Shown here: piece by piece, positions 54,845 to 64,000 of the stretch
Layout: every line of letters begins with the position of its first letter
How positions within the stretch are numbered: position 1 is the first letter of the stretch
From: Deltaproteobacteria bacterium
GTDB lineage: Bacteria; Myxococcota; Myxococcia; Myxococcales; 40CM-4-68-19
Assembly: GCA_005879805.1 (NCBI GenBank)
Contig: VBKL01000044.1
Location: 248-64,247, forward strand
DNA length: 64,000 nt
Direction of reading: 5' to 3'
Notes under the pieces: model-generated
The model's input: the letters and a program-made list of their open reading frames with translations, nothing else
Told to the model about the DNA's origin: nothing
Database searches by the model: none
Position numbers and translations under genes: made by a program

Positions 54845-56512
54845 ATGAAGGTTCGTCCCCTTAGTCCTGCTGTTCCCGTCGTCTGCCTGTTTCTCCTTGC
54901 CGCCGCTTGCGCACCCGATGCGGGTCCAGGCGATGACATCGCCGGCACCGAGCAACGGAGCTCGGAGCTCGTGCAGACGTGTACCGCCACCAACGTGACT
55001 GGCAATCCTTACAAGGGCAGGCTCTGCGGCGGAGCCTTCATCGACAATTGCACCCCAGGGCTCGTCTATTCCTGCCGCGGTGGCGCGCGCGGCACCACCG
55101 GTAATTGCACGCTCGGCACGACCTGCTCCGTCGCATGCTTGACCGGAGCCGGGGACACGCCGGTCACCGCCAACATCGGAACCGCGACGCCGGTCGCCAA
55201 CGACGCTTGCTTCAACGGGCCCGCGCCGCTGACGTTCTCGACCAACTCCACGACGGGCGGAAGCTACGTCACCATGACAGGGACGCTCACCCAGCCTCAC
55301 AGCCCGTACGCCATCGTCAATTTCAAGGGGACCACGGCGGACGTTCCGCCGCTCTGCAGCCCGCCGCTCTTCCTCTTTCCGAATACCAATTCCGTGAGCT
55401 GGATCGAGCCCACCAACGTCGTCGCTGCGTCGAAGACCGTTCCACTGTGGGCGCTGATCAGCTTCAACGACTCGACCGGCGCGGGTCGCAATCTCGTCTC
55501 CGTCACCAATCCGCTGACCCTCAACCCGGGCGGAACGCTTCCCAAGCCGGCGCTGGCCTCGTTCAGCGTCTCGGACGCGAACGGAACGCCCATCTCCACC
55601 ATCCCGGGAGGAAGCAACGCTTTCGCACATGGGACGCTGCCCGCGTCCACACCGGCTCCCGTGGGTGGAACGAGGGTAACGGTGACGAGCAACCCGGCGA
55701 ACGCGTTCGTCACCGACGGCAGCTTCAACATCGACGCCGGATGCTTCTCCAACACCACCGCGGGAACCCTGACGGCCACGAGCAGCCTCACCTCCAACCT
55801 CGCTGCCACGGTCAGCGCGACCAGTGGAGCGGGCGCGGCACTGAGCCAGAATGTCGTCGTGACCCCGCCGGCGCTCGCGGTCCAATCCGTCACGCTCACG
55901 CCGTCGACGGTGACCGGCGGCGCGTCGCTCACCGGAACGGTGAACCTCAACCGCGTCGTGCTCTCGAGCGACGCGAGCTCGACGGTCTCTGTGCGGATCA
56001 GCGAGGGAAACATCTCCGGCGCCAAGCTCGCGACCTTCTCCGGATGCACGGGTTCGCCGGCTTGCACGGGAACCGTCGCCGTACCGCGGGGTTCGCGGAG
56101 CGCCTCTTTCACCATCTCCACCAGCGCGGTCGGCTCCCAGGATTTCGTTACGGTCGCCGCGGGCGCCTCCTGGAGCAACACGTCGGCGAGCGCGCAATTG
56201 ACCATCAACCCCAGCGGGAACGCCTCGGCGTCGCTTTCGTCGCTGGTCATCTCTCCGTCGAGCGGTTTCTGCGGCTTCTCGGCCACGGGAACCGTCACGC
56301 TTACCGGCCCCGCACCCGCGGGAGGCGCAGCGGTCGCGCTCTCCTCGAGCAGCACGGCCAACGCGCAGGTTCCCGCCAGCGTGACGGTGGCTGCGGGACA
56401 GACCCAGGCGAGCTTCACCGCGACCACGGGTCCGAGATGCAGCGCATCCTCGGTCGTGATCACGGCGACGTACGGCGGGGCTTCGCAACAGAACGCGCTC
56501 TTCTTCAATTGA
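54845..56512 (+). CDS. Ser/Thr-rich lipoprotein with three ~100-aa Ig-like repeats
   Basis: ORF 54845..56512. 'ggagggggg' SD ~20 nt upstream. Lipobox 'LLAAAC' and a Cys-rich N-domain. Repeats share 'V.L.PS.V.GG...TGTV.L......GGA.V.LSS......VP.SVTV.AG...ASFT'. Confidence 0.7.
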   Translation: MKVRPLSPAVPVVCLFLLAAACAPDAGPGDDIAGTEQRSSELVQTCTATNVTGNPYKGRLCGGAFIDNCTPGLVYSCRGGARGTTGNCTLGTTCSVACLTGAGDTPVTANIGTATPVANDACFNGPAPLTFSTNSTTGGSYVTMTGTLTQPHSPYAIVNFKGTTADVPPLCSPPLFLFPNTNSVSWIEPTNVVAASKTVPLWALISFNDSTGAGRNLVSVTNPLTLNPGGTLPKPALASFSVSDANGTPISTIPGGSNAFAHGTLPASTPAPVGGTRVTVTSNPANAFVTDGSFNIDAGCFSNTTAGTLTATSSLTSNLAATVSATSGAGAALSQNVVVTPPALAVQSVTLTPSTVTGGASLTGTVNLNRVVLSSDASSTVSVRISEGNISGAKLATFSGCTGSPACTGTVAVPRGSRSASFTISTSAVGSQDFVTVAAGASWSNTSASAQLTINPSGNASASLSSLVISPSSGFCGFSATGTVTLTGPAPAGGAAVALSSSSTANAQVPASVTVAAGQTQASFTATTGPRCSASSVVITATYGGASQQNALFFN

Positions 56513-56535
56513 GCGAACGCGTTCGGCTACGCGTC

Positions 56536-56561
56536 GGCGTCGCGATCGAGATCGTGACGCC
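56536..56561. terminator. Stem-loop between convergent genes (candidate bidirectional terminator)
   Basis: 'ggcgtcgcgat-cgag-atcgtgacgcc', an 11-bp stem (one G-T pair) with a 4-nt loop, between stops 56512 and 56578. No T-tract. Confidence 0.3.
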
Positions 56562-56577
56562 GGCGTTAGCGGGGCGG

Positions 56578-57567
56578 CTAGCGCGCCGGGAACATCCGCT
56601 GGGGCATGGTCGCGTCCGGGTGCTGCGAGGCCGGGTCTTCGGCCTCGAGATGCCCGAGCAGGTGCGACGAGGCGACGAGGATGATCGGACGGAAGAGCAG
56701 GTTCATCACCGGCACCGCGAGCAGCGTCGCGGTCATGAAGGCGAAGCCCGTAGAAATGGTCGGATGCCCTTCCATGAGCGCGAACTCTCCGCGCCAGGGC
56801 AGCGAGAGCCGATCGCAGAAGCGGGCGAACTTCCGCAACGCGCCGGCGACCGGTCGCACCGGGATGTGGTCCGCGGCGCGCAGGAACATCCGCACGAACC
56901 AGGGGCTCCGGGCGCGCTGGTCGGTCGCTTCCGCGCTCTTGACGGTCTCGCCGGGAAGCAGGACCCGCGCGTCGTCGAAGGCGTCCACCACCACCCAGTG
57001 CACCGTCCACGCGCCGACGACCACCTGGGAGATGATCTTCCCGAAGAAGGGGATGAAGTGCCAGATCGCCGCCAGCGGCAAGAGGCCGATGGCGATGACG
57101 ATGGCCTGCTGGATCGCGCGCCGGAGCGAGGTGAAGAGCGGGTACTCGCGCGGGCCGCAAGCGCCGAATCCGAGCTTCCAGCGCACGAGCGCGGCCATCC
57201 GGGCGTAGTGCTTGGCGAAGACGATCGACGGAACCGGCGCGAGGACCGCGAAGGTCCGGTAGAAGGTCTTGAAACGACCCGCCCAGATGGGTCCGTCGGC
57301 GGGGCTGACGAGGGCGCAAACGGCGCAGAAGGCGGCGAGCCACACGGCGGGGACGAGCCCCTCGCGAAGCAACTCGGGATCCTTCAAGAGGATGCGCGCC
57401 CCGAGGATCGGCTGCGCCGCGCCGTAGAGGACGTTGACGGCGGGGTCCGCCTTCGCGGGCGGCGGCTGCATCTCGCGCGAGAACGACTTGAACCGCTTGC
57501 GCGCCCAGCGGGCCCGGAGGGCGAGGCTTTCCTTCGAAAGAACGGTGGGCAGGCTCGACGGAAACAT
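56578..57567 (-). CDS. Polytopic membrane protein, possibly EI24/CysZ family
   Basis: ORF 56578..57567, GC3-rich, with several long hydrophobic segments. Family guess is weak. Confidence 0.55.
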   Translation of the reverse strand: MFPSSLPTVLSKESLALRARWARKRFKSFSREMQPPPAKADPAVNVLYGAAQPILGARILLKDPELLREGLVPAVWLAAFCAVCALVSPADGPIWAGRFKTFYRTFAVLAPVPSIVFAKHYARMAALVRWKLGFGACGPREYPLFTSLRRAIQQAIVIAIGLLPLAAIWHFIPFFGKIISQVVVGAWTVHWVVVDAFDDARVLLPGETVKSAEATDQRARSPWFVRMFLRAADHIPVRPVAGALRKFARFCDRLSLPWRGEFALMEGHPTISTGFAFMTATLLAVPVMNLLFRPIILVASSHLLGHLEAEDPASQHPDATMPQRMFPAR

Positions 57568-57636
57568 CGGTTCTCTCTGTACGCTCTCCGCGCACCGTTT
57601 ATTGCACGGTGGCGTCGGGCCCTGGCAAGCGGCCGC

Positions 57637-58350
57637 CTACTCGCCGAGATAGGCCTTTCGCACCTCTGGACTGCGCAAGAGCTCCTGGCCTGTCCCACTT
57701 TGTACGACCTGGCCCGTCTCGAGCACGTGCCCATGGTGCGCGATGCCGAGCGCCAGGTGGGCATTCTGCTCGACGAGCAGGATGGTCACGCCCTGGTGAT
57801 TGATCTCCTCGATGATGCGGAAGATCGTCTCGGTCACTTGCGGCGCCAGCCCCAGGGAAGGCTCGTCAAGCAAGAGCAGCTTCGGCTTCGCCATCAAGGC
57901 CCGGGCGATGGCCAGCATCTGCTGCTCGCCGCCGGACAGCGTCCCGGCCATCTGTTTTTCCCGCTCTTTCAAGATGGGAAAGAGGGTGAACCCGCGCTCC
58001 ATGTCCTTGGCTATGCCGTCCGTGTCGCGCCGCAGGAAGGCGCCGAGCTGCAGGTTCTCGCGCAGCGTGAGGTTGGGGAAGATGCCCCGGCCTTCCGGCG
58101 CGTGCGAAAGACCCCGCTCGACCAGCTTGTGCGGCTTGAGCCCCGCGGTCTTCTCGCCGCGGTACTCGATGCTCCCGCCCGAGGCGCGCAAGAGCCCGCT
58201 CACCGCCCGCAGGGTCGTCGTCTTGCCGGCGCCGTTCGCGCCGATCAAGGTGACGATCTCTCCCTCGCCGACCTGGAAGGAGATGCCGCGGAGCGCGTGG
58301 ATCGCCCCGTAGTGCACGTTGAGGTCGCGCAGCTCGAGGAGCGCGCTCAC
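57637..58350 (-). CDS. livF: Branched-chain amino acid ABC transporter ATP-binding protein LivF
   Basis: ORF 57637..58350. 'GANGAGKTT', 'LSGGEQQM' and 'LLLDEPS'. GTGA overlap with the upstream gene. Confidence 0.9.
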   Translation of the reverse strand: MSALLELRDLNVHYGAIHALRGISFQVGEGEIVTLIGANGAGKTTTLRAVSGLLRASGGSIEYRGEKTAGLKPHKLVERGLSHAPEGRGIFPNLTLRENLQLGAFLRRDTDGIAKDMERGFTLFPILKEREKQMAGTLSGGEQQMLAIARALMAKPKLLLLDEPSLGLAPQVTETIFRIIEEINHQGVTILLVEQNAHLALGIAHHGHVLETGQVVQSGTGQELLRSPEVRKAYLGE

Positions 58351-60182
58351 GTCCGCCCCGCCTGCGCGATCTGCGCAGCGTGCTCGCGCGCGTACTTCTC
58401 GCCGAGGTAGGCCTCGATGACCTTGGGATTGGACTGGATCTCCCGCGGCAGTCCCTTGGCGATGGTGATCCCGTGGTCGAGGACGAGGATCCGCTCGGAG
58501 ACGCCCATCACCAGCTTCATGTCGTGCTCGATGAGCACGATGGCGACGCCGAAGCGGTCGCGGATCGCCCGGATGAGCGTCATCAGCTCGCCCTTCTCCT
58601 TGGCGTTGGTGCCGGCCGCGGGCTCGTCGAGGAGCAGCGCCTTGGGCCCGGTGGCGAGGGCGCGGGCGATCTCGAGGCGGCGCTGCTCGCCGTAGGGAAG
58701 GTTCTTCGCCAGGGAGTCGCGGCGGTTCGAGAGGCCCATGACCGCGAGAAGCTGGTCCGCCCGTTCCGCGACCCAGTCCTCCTCCACCTCGGCGAGCTGG
58801 CCCTGGCGGATCGCCGCCGCCATCGATTCGCGGGTCAGGTGGTGACAGGCGACGCGGATGTTGTCGAACGCGGTCAGCTCGCGGAAGAGGCGAATGTTCT
58901 GGAAGGTACGCGCCAGCCCGAGATGGGCGATGACGTGCGGCGCGAGCCCGCGCGTGTCGCGGCCGGCAACGAGGATCCTCCCCTCCGTCGGAGGGTAGAC
59001 GCCGGTGAGCAGGTTGAAGACCGTGGTCTTGCCGGCACCGTTCGGTCCGATGAGAGCGACGAGCTCGCGGGGCTTCACTTGCAGTGAAAAGTCGCTGACC
59101 GCGGTGAGGCCGCCGAAGCGGATGGTCGCGCGGTCGACGTCGATGAGGAATTCGGTCACTTCGGGCGCCGCGCGAGGTACCTCGATCCCCGGCTTGCGAA
59201 TGCGCTTGCGCCAGAGCTCGCGGACCCAGTCCCAGGCCTCGGTCGTCCCGAACAGGCCGCGCGGCCGCACCAGCATGAGCACGATGAGCGCGATGGAGTA
59301 GATGACCATGCGCAGATTGGCGAGGAAGCGCAGATACTCGGGGAGGAGCGTCAAGACCGCCGCCGCGATGGTCGAACCGGTGATGGAGCCCATGCCGCCG
59401 AGGACCACCATCGCCACCACCTCGAAGGAGCGCACGAAGGTGAAGCTCTGCGGGGCGAGGTTTCCCTCGAACGCGCCGGAGAGCCCGCCGGCGATGCCTG
59501 CGAGCGCGGAGCTGATCACGAAAGCGCGCACCTTGTATCCGGTGGTGTCGACGCCCATCGCCTCGGCCGCCACCTCGTCCTCGCGCACGGAGAGGAAGGC
59601 CCTGCCGTGGGTGGAGTCGCGCAGCCGCTTGGAGATGAGGATGGTGATGATCGCGAACGCCCAGATCCAGGTGAAGTCGGCGCGGTGGGGGATGGGCGAA
59701 AGGCCGATCGCGCCGCCAAACGCCCGCGTGTTCTCGATGATGACGCGGATGATCTCGCCGAAGCCGAGCGTGACGATGGCGAGATAGTCGCCGCGCAGCC
59801 GCAGCGAAGGCTTGCCGACGATGTACCCGGCGAGGCCGGCGGCGAGAGCCCCCGCGGCGAGAGCGGCGATGAAGAAGATCCGGTAGGGGTCGTCTTGCGG
59901 CCCGTTGATGAGGAGCAGCGCGGTGACGTAGCCGCCCACCGCCATGAAGCCCGCGTGGCCGATGGAGAACTGGCCGGTGAGGCCGTTCACCAGGTTCAAC
60001 GACACCGCGAGGATGATGGCGATGCCGATGTGGTTGATGTTCTGGAACGCGTATTCCCAGTCGGGCTGACCGGCGAACGCGGACTGGATGATCCAGAGGC
60101 TGGGGACGGCGGCGACGAAGGGGAGCCAGGCCTCGAGCGCGCGGCGCGAATGCTTGAGCGCGGAGCCGCCGAAGAAGGGCAT
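58347..60182 (-). CDS. Fused LivM permease / LivG ATP-binding protein
   Basis: ORF 58347..60182. The N-terminal ~340 aa form a polytopic LivM-like permease ending '...LVRPRGLFG'. The C-terminal part is a complete ATPase ('RFGGLTAVSDFS', 'GPNGAGKTT', 'LPYGEQRRLEIA', 'LLLDEPAAG'). Confidence 0.88.
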   Translation of the reverse strand: MPFFGGSALKHSRRALEAWLPFVAAVPSLWIIQSAFAGQPDWEYAFQNINHIGIAIILAVSLNLVNGLTGQFSIGHAGFMAVGGYVTALLLINGPQDDPYRIFFIAALAAGALAAGLAGYIVGKPSLRLRGDYLAIVTLGFGEIIRVIIENTRAFGGAIGLSPIPHRADFTWIWAFAIITILISKRLRDSTHGRAFLSVREDEVAAEAMGVDTTGYKVRAFVISSALAGIAGGLSGAFEGNLAPQSFTFVRSFEVVAMVVLGGMGSITGSTIAAAVLTLLPEYLRFLANLRMVIYSIALIVLMLVRPRGLFGTTEAWDWVRELWRKRIRKPGIEVPRAAPEVTEFLIDVDRATIRFGGLTAVSDFSLQVKPRELVALIGPNGAGKTTVFNLLTGVYPPTEGRILVAGRDTRGLAPHVIAHLGLARTFQNIRLFRELTAFDNIRVACHHLTRESMAAAIRQGQLAEVEEDWVAERADQLLAVMGLSNRRDSLAKNLPYGEQRRLEIARALATGPKALLLDEPAAGTNAKEKGELMTLIRAIRDRFGVAIVLIEHDMKLVMGVSERILVLDHGITIAKGLPREIQSNPKVIEAYLGEKYAREHAAQIAQAGRT

Positions 60183-61084
60183 CAGACCTTCTCCGCCTCG
60201 CCCCGGCCGAGGAGGCCCGACGGCTTGACGAGCAGGATGAGGATCAAGATCGCGAAGGCGACCGCGTCGCGCCAGCTGGAGCTGAGGTAGCCGCTCACGA
60301 TCTGTTCGGCGAGGCCGAGCAAGAGCCCGCCCAGCATCGCGCCGGGCACGTTGCCGATCCCGCCCAGGACCGCGGCGACGAACGCCTTGAGACCGGGCAT
60401 GAGACCCATGAGCGGATGCACGCTCGGGTACTTGCTCGCGAAGAGGATCCCGGCGGCCGCGGCGAGCGTCGAGCCGAGCACGAAGGTGAAGGAGATCACC
60501 AGGTCGACGTTGATCCCCATCAGCGCCGCGGTGTCCGGATTGAAGCTGACCGCCCGCATCGCCCGGCCCATGCGCGTATGGAAGACGATGAACTGCAGGA
60601 TGTACATGAGCGGCACGGCGACCAGCACCGTCACCGCGTCCACGTAGCCGAGGGAAACGGAGCCGATGTGGATCGGCGCGTTGTGCGGCAGCACGTTGAA
60701 GAAGCGGGGCGTCGCGCCGAAGAGGTACTGGCCGCCGTATTCGAGCAGGAAGCTCATGCCGATGGCGGTGATGAGCGAATTGAGCCGCGGCGAGCTGCGG
60801 ATCGGGCGGTAAGCGAGCCGCTCGATGAGGAAGCCGACCACGCCGCAGATCGCCATCGAGGCGAGCGTGACCCAGAGGACTCCGAAGATGGAAGGATTGC
60901 GCGCCTCGCTCGTCCAGCGCGAGGACACGTACCAGCCCATCATCGCCCCCAGCATGAAGACGTCGCCGTGGGCGAAGTTGATGAGCTTCAAGACGCCGTA
61001 CACCATCGTGTAGCCGAGCGCGATGAGCGCGTAGATGGCGCCGACGCTGATCCCGTCGATGATGTGCTGGAAGAGCTCGATCAA
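60182..61084 (-). CDS. livH: Branched-chain amino acid ABC transporter permease LivH
   Basis: ORF 60182..61084. The sequence matches LivH-type permease features throughout. 1-nt TGATG overlap with the downstream gene. Confidence 0.9.
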   Translation of the reverse strand: MIELFQHIIDGISVGAIYALIALGYTMVYGVLKLINFAHGDVFMLGAMMGWYVSSRWTSEARNPSIFGVLWVTLASMAICGVVGFLIERLAYRPIRSSPRLNSLITAIGMSFLLEYGGQYLFGATPRFFNVLPHNAPIHIGSVSLGYVDAVTVLVAVPLMYILQFIVFHTRMGRAMRAVSFNPDTAALMGINVDLVISFTFVLGSTLAAAAGILFASKYPSVHPLMGLMPGLKAFVAAVLGGIGNVPGAMLGGLLLGLAEQIVSGYLSSSWRDAVAFAILILILLVKPSGLLGRGEAEKV

Positions 61085-61138
61085 GCTGGGCTCAGAATCG
61101 GGACGAGCAGAGCAGGGCGCGCGCGGGTTCCACCAAGG

Positions 61139-62389
61139 CTATTTCTTCGGCTGCTCCCCGGAGGGTACTCCTTGCGGCTGCCCCGTGGTCGCCGCCGACT
61201 GGGCGCTGCTGCTCGAGCCGACCGGCGGCGTCCGCGTGGTGGTGGGCATCGTGCCCGGAGCGGGATTCGGGGCCGTGTTTCCCTCGGGCCGCGCAGTCGG
61301 CGACGACGGCTCCCCCGCGGCGACCTTCACGCCTTCCGGATAGATCTTGGTGACGAAGTCGTATTTGCCGCCCTTCGCCACCTGCAGGACGACCGCAGGC
61401 TTCAACGGATTGCGCTGGGTGTCGAGGGTGATGTCGCCGGTGACGCCGTGGAATCCTTTGGTGTCGGCGAGCGTCGAGCGGATGTTCGGGCCGGTCAGGT
61501 CGGGCGCCTTCTGCATCGCCTCGAAGAGCATCCCCGCAGCATCATAGGCCTGGGCGGCGAGGGAATCGGGAAGCTGCCCGCCGTACTCCTTCTTGAACTT
61601 GCCGACGAACTCCTGGATGCGCGGGCTCGGGTCGTCCACCGAGTAGTGGTTGGAGAAGTAGCTGCCTTCGAGCGCGGCGCCGCCGATCTCGTACAGCTTC
61701 TCGCTGTCCCAGCCGTCTCCGCCGAGGAGCGGTACGGTGATGCCGACCTCGCGCGCCTGCCGCGCGACCAGGCCGACGTCCGTGTAGTAGCCGGGAACGT
61801 AGAGCGCGTCGGGTTGGGACGCTTTCATGTTGGTGAGTTGCGCCTTGAAGTCGACGTCGCCGTTCGAGTAGCTCTCGGTGGCGACGATCTGCCCGCCCAT
61901 CTTCTTGACGTTCTCCTCGAAGTTCTGGGCGAGGCCCACCGAGTAGTCGTTACGCACGTCCTTCAGGATCGCGAACTTCTTCAGCTTCAGGTTGTCGGTG
62001 GCGAACTTCGCCATCACGTAGCCCTGGAAGGGATCGATGAAGCAGGCGCGGAAGATGTAGTCGCCTTTCCCGGTCACCTTCGGGTTGGTGGAGGAGGGCG
62101 AGACCATCGGGACCTTGGCCGGCTGCGCCTTGTCCGCCATGAACATGCTGCGGGTGGAGGCGACCTCGCCGAGGAGCGCGACCACGTGCTCGCTGGAGAT
62201 GAGGCGGGTCGCGGCGGTGGCGGCCTCTTCCGGCTTGCCCTGGTCGTCGAGGGCGATGATCTGGATCTGCCGGTTCTTGATGCCGCCCGCGCCGTTTACC
62301 TCCTTGACGCGCATCTGGATGCCGCGGTCGCTGGAGATGTAACACTCCGGGAAAGCGTGATCAACCGTACGGCCCGTCCTTGACGCCAC
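61139..62389 (-). CDS. Branched-chain amino acid ABC substrate-binding protein (LivK/J-like), apparently lacking its signal peptide
   Basis: ORF 61139..62389 (GTG start). '...RGIQMRVKEVNGAGGIKNRQIQIIALDDQGKPEEA' and 'VPMVSPSSTN' are present. There is a Pro/Thr/Ser-rich C-tail. No hydrophobic N-terminal signal, and only 26 nt to the divergent gene. Confidence 0.75.
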   Translation of the reverse strand: MASRTGRTVDHAFPECYISSDRGIQMRVKEVNGAGGIKNRQIQIIALDDQGKPEEAATAATRLISSEHVVALLGEVASTRSMFMADKAQPAKVPMVSPSSTNPKVTGKGDYIFRACFIDPFQGYVMAKFATDNLKLKKFAILKDVRNDYSVGLAQNFEENVKKMGGQIVATESYSNGDVDFKAQLTNMKASQPDALYVPGYYTDVGLVARQAREVGITVPLLGGDGWDSEKLYEIGGAALEGSYFSNHYSVDDPSPRIQEFVGKFKKEYGGQLPDSLAAQAYDAAGMLFEAMQKAPDLTGPNIRSTLADTKGFHGVTGDITLDTQRNPLKPAVVLQVAKGGKYDFVTKIYPEGVKVAAGEPSSPTARPEGNTAPNPAPGTMPTTTRTPPVGSSSSAQSAATTGQPQGVPSGEQPKK

Positions 62390-62415
62390 GAGGCCGGGGC
62401 CTAGAGTGCGGCTCG

Positions 62416-63786
62416 ATGGCGGGGCCTCGGATACTCGTCGTGGACGACAACGCGGAGCTCCTCACCTTGCTCTCCTCGTCGTTCGAGGAGGCGGGGTACG
62501 CCGTCCAGACGGCGACGAGGGGCCGCTCCGCGCTCGAGCTCGCCCGCAAGGAAAAGCCCGATCTGGTGGTCGTGGACGTGCTTTTGCCCGATCTGATGGG
62601 GTACGACGTCGCCGAGGGGCTCAAGCGCCTGCGCATCCCCTTCATCTTCATGTCGGGCGTGCACAAGGGCGGTAACACGGCCGCCAGCGCCAAGACGAAG
62701 TACGGGGCGCTCGCCTACTTCGAGAAGCCGTTCGAGCGGCGAGCGCTCCTCGACGAGGTTCGCAAGCGGCTCCCGGTCATCGCCCCTCCGCCGCCGATAA
62801 TGGGCCTCGACGTGGAGACGGCGCCGGAAGTCTCGGAAGAGGAACCCGAGATGCAGCTCACCAACCGCGTGCAGGTGACTGCCCCGGGCGGGCGCTCCAC
62901 GCTGAAGGGAGCGGGCCCCATCCAGCTGCGGCCAGTCGATTCGGGTCTGGCGGAGCGGATGAGTACCCACGAGCCGACTTCGCCGCAACGCGTCGCCTCG
63001 CGGAACGTGGTGGAGCCTCCGGCCACCGAGGAGCCGGCGCGCGCCGTCCCCGTGCCTCCCGAGGCACTCCGCCCGCTGGAGACGGAGGGCGTGCGCCGGG
63101 GCGAGCTGAAGGACAACCTCCCGCAGCTCTTTGCCGCCTTCTACGCGGCCAAGGAGACCGGCGAGCTCGGCCTCTCCAAAGGGCAGGTGAAGAAGGTCGT
63201 CTACTTCGAGGCGGGGATGCCGGTGTTCGCGCTCTCCAACCTCGTCGCCGATCGGCTGGGCCAGTTCCTCGTACGCGCCGGGAAGATCGACGAGGAGACG
63301 CTCAAGCACGCCGCCGACGAGGCGGCAGCGACCGGACAGCGGACCGGCGACGTCCTCATCCTCATGGGAACCCTCGGCGAGGACGAGCGCCTCTATTACG
63401 TCGCCCAGCAGATCAAGAGCATCCTCTACAGCCTCTTCGCCTGGGAGGAGGGGAACTTCCAGCTCGCCTTCCAGGACCGCGCGCAGAAGGAGGCGATCAA
63501 GCTCGACATCCACCCGGCCAACCTGATCATGCGCGGAATCAAGAAGCTCTACAAAGCGCCGCGCCTGCGCCGGCTCCTTTCCATGGAGGCGCGCCCCATC
63601 CCTTCGCAGGAGCCGCTCTTCAACCTCGCGGACGTGGAGTTGCAGCCGTGGGAGGCGCACCTGCTCCCGCGCTGCGACGGTACGCGTACGGTTCGCCAGC
63701 TCATCCAGCTCTCGGGGAAGTCGGAGAACGAGGCCCTCGCCTCGCTGGTCGCGATGTCCGCGCTCCGCGTGCTCGACGCGAAGTAG
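62416..63786 (+). CDS. Response regulator receiver protein with long linker and DUF4388/PATAN-like C-terminal domain
   Basis: Inside ORF 62380..63786 starting at MAGPRILVVDDN (ATG 62416). REC motif 'DLVVVDVLLPDLMG'. C-terminal 'GELKDNLPQLFAAFYAAKETGELGLSKGQVKKVVYFEAGMPVFALSN...'. Confidence 0.75.
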   Translation: MAGPRILVVDDNAELLTLLSSSFEEAGYAVQTATRGRSALELARKEKPDLVVVDVLLPDLMGYDVAEGLKRLRIPFIFMSGVHKGGNTAASAKTKYGALAYFEKPFERRALLDEVRKRLPVIAPPPPIMGLDVETAPEVSEEEPEMQLTNRVQVTAPGGRSTLKGAGPIQLRPVDSGLAERMSTHEPTSPQRVASRNVVEPPATEEPARAVPVPPEALRPLETEGVRRGELKDNLPQLFAAFYAAKETGELGLSKGQVKKVVYFEAGMPVFALSNLVADRLGQFLVRAGKIDEETLKHAADEAAATGQRTGDVLILMGTLGEDERLYYVAQQIKSILYSLFAWEEGNFQLAFQDRAQKEAIKLDIHPANLIMRGIKKLYKAPRLRRLLSMEARPIPSQEPLFNLADVELQPWEAHLLPRCDGTRTVRQLIQLSGKSENEALASLVAMSALRVLDAK

Positions 63787-63787
63787 C

Positions 63788-64000
63788 TCAGGCGCTCTCC
63801 CGGGCTTCCGCGCCCTCCAGCGTTTTCTCGATCGCCGCGGATCCCATCTCCATGAGCGTCCGGATCGCGGGCTCCATGTCGTCCGGGAGCAAGTCCGCGA
63901 TCCAGACGAGCCGCGCGCCGACGTAGGCCATCGCCGACTCGGGAAGCCAGCCGAGTTGATCCTGCGCGAGATGGAGGACGGCGAGGAGCGCGCTCTTGCG
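63788..64000 (-). CDS. 3' end of an unidentified gene (partial; 5' end beyond the right edge)
   Basis: The minus-strand frame is open from the window edge to TGA (63790..63788). Translation: '...ALLAVLHLAQDQLGWLPESAMAYVGARLVWIADLLPDDMEPAIRTLMEMGSAAIEKTLEGAEARESA'. GC3-rich. Absent from the ORF track because it has no start in the window. Confidence 0.45.
   Translation of the reverse strand, partial: RKSALLAVLHLAQDQLGWLPESAMAYVGARLVWIADLLPDDMEPAIRTLMEMGSAAIEKTLEGAEARESA

Overview
Very GC-rich sequence with GC3-saturated codons (composition judged by eye, not computed). It is a densely packed chromosomal segment. Gene style (many lipoproteins, an ECF sigma factor, a PSCyt1-like domain, a DUF4388-type response regulator, HD-GYP proteins) suggests a Myxococcota-like organism; this is inference only. 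I support about 58 protein-coding genes. Most are housekeeping or envelope genes: alaS, glpK, radA, gpsA, galU, priA, mutM, rlmI, the liv ABC transporter, and peptidases/amidohydrolases. I found no rRNA, tRNA, CRISPR array, transposase or integrase. The very long ORFs in the track (for example 17255..22369-, 24072..28544+, 45105..48314-) are stop-codon-poor antisense artefacts of the high GC content. Main observations: (1) An ECF sigma/anti-sigma-headed, translationally coupled operon (28374-32494) encodes YceI, a PSCyt1-like lipoprotein, a four-His 4-TM protein and a Tat-exported tandem bc-type Rieske protein. No canonical cytochrome b/c1 or oxygenase partner is nearby, making this the best candidate here for an undescribed redox module. 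(2) A cobalamin riboswitch precedes btuB, an unknown repeat lipoprotein and btuFCD. (3) A ~48-50 nt two-hairpin REP-like element occurs 5 times, with compensatory stem changes. (4) Five conserved genes lack internal or terminal segments that carry catalytic or targeting motifs: S8 protease, M28 peptidase, DUF58, def and livK. This indicates either gene decay or assembly collapse. (5) c-di-GMP HD-GYP genes, several domain fusions, frequent GTGA/ATGA/TGATG gene overlaps and two probable CTG starts. All family assignments come from motifs read by eye in the translations; no database search was run.
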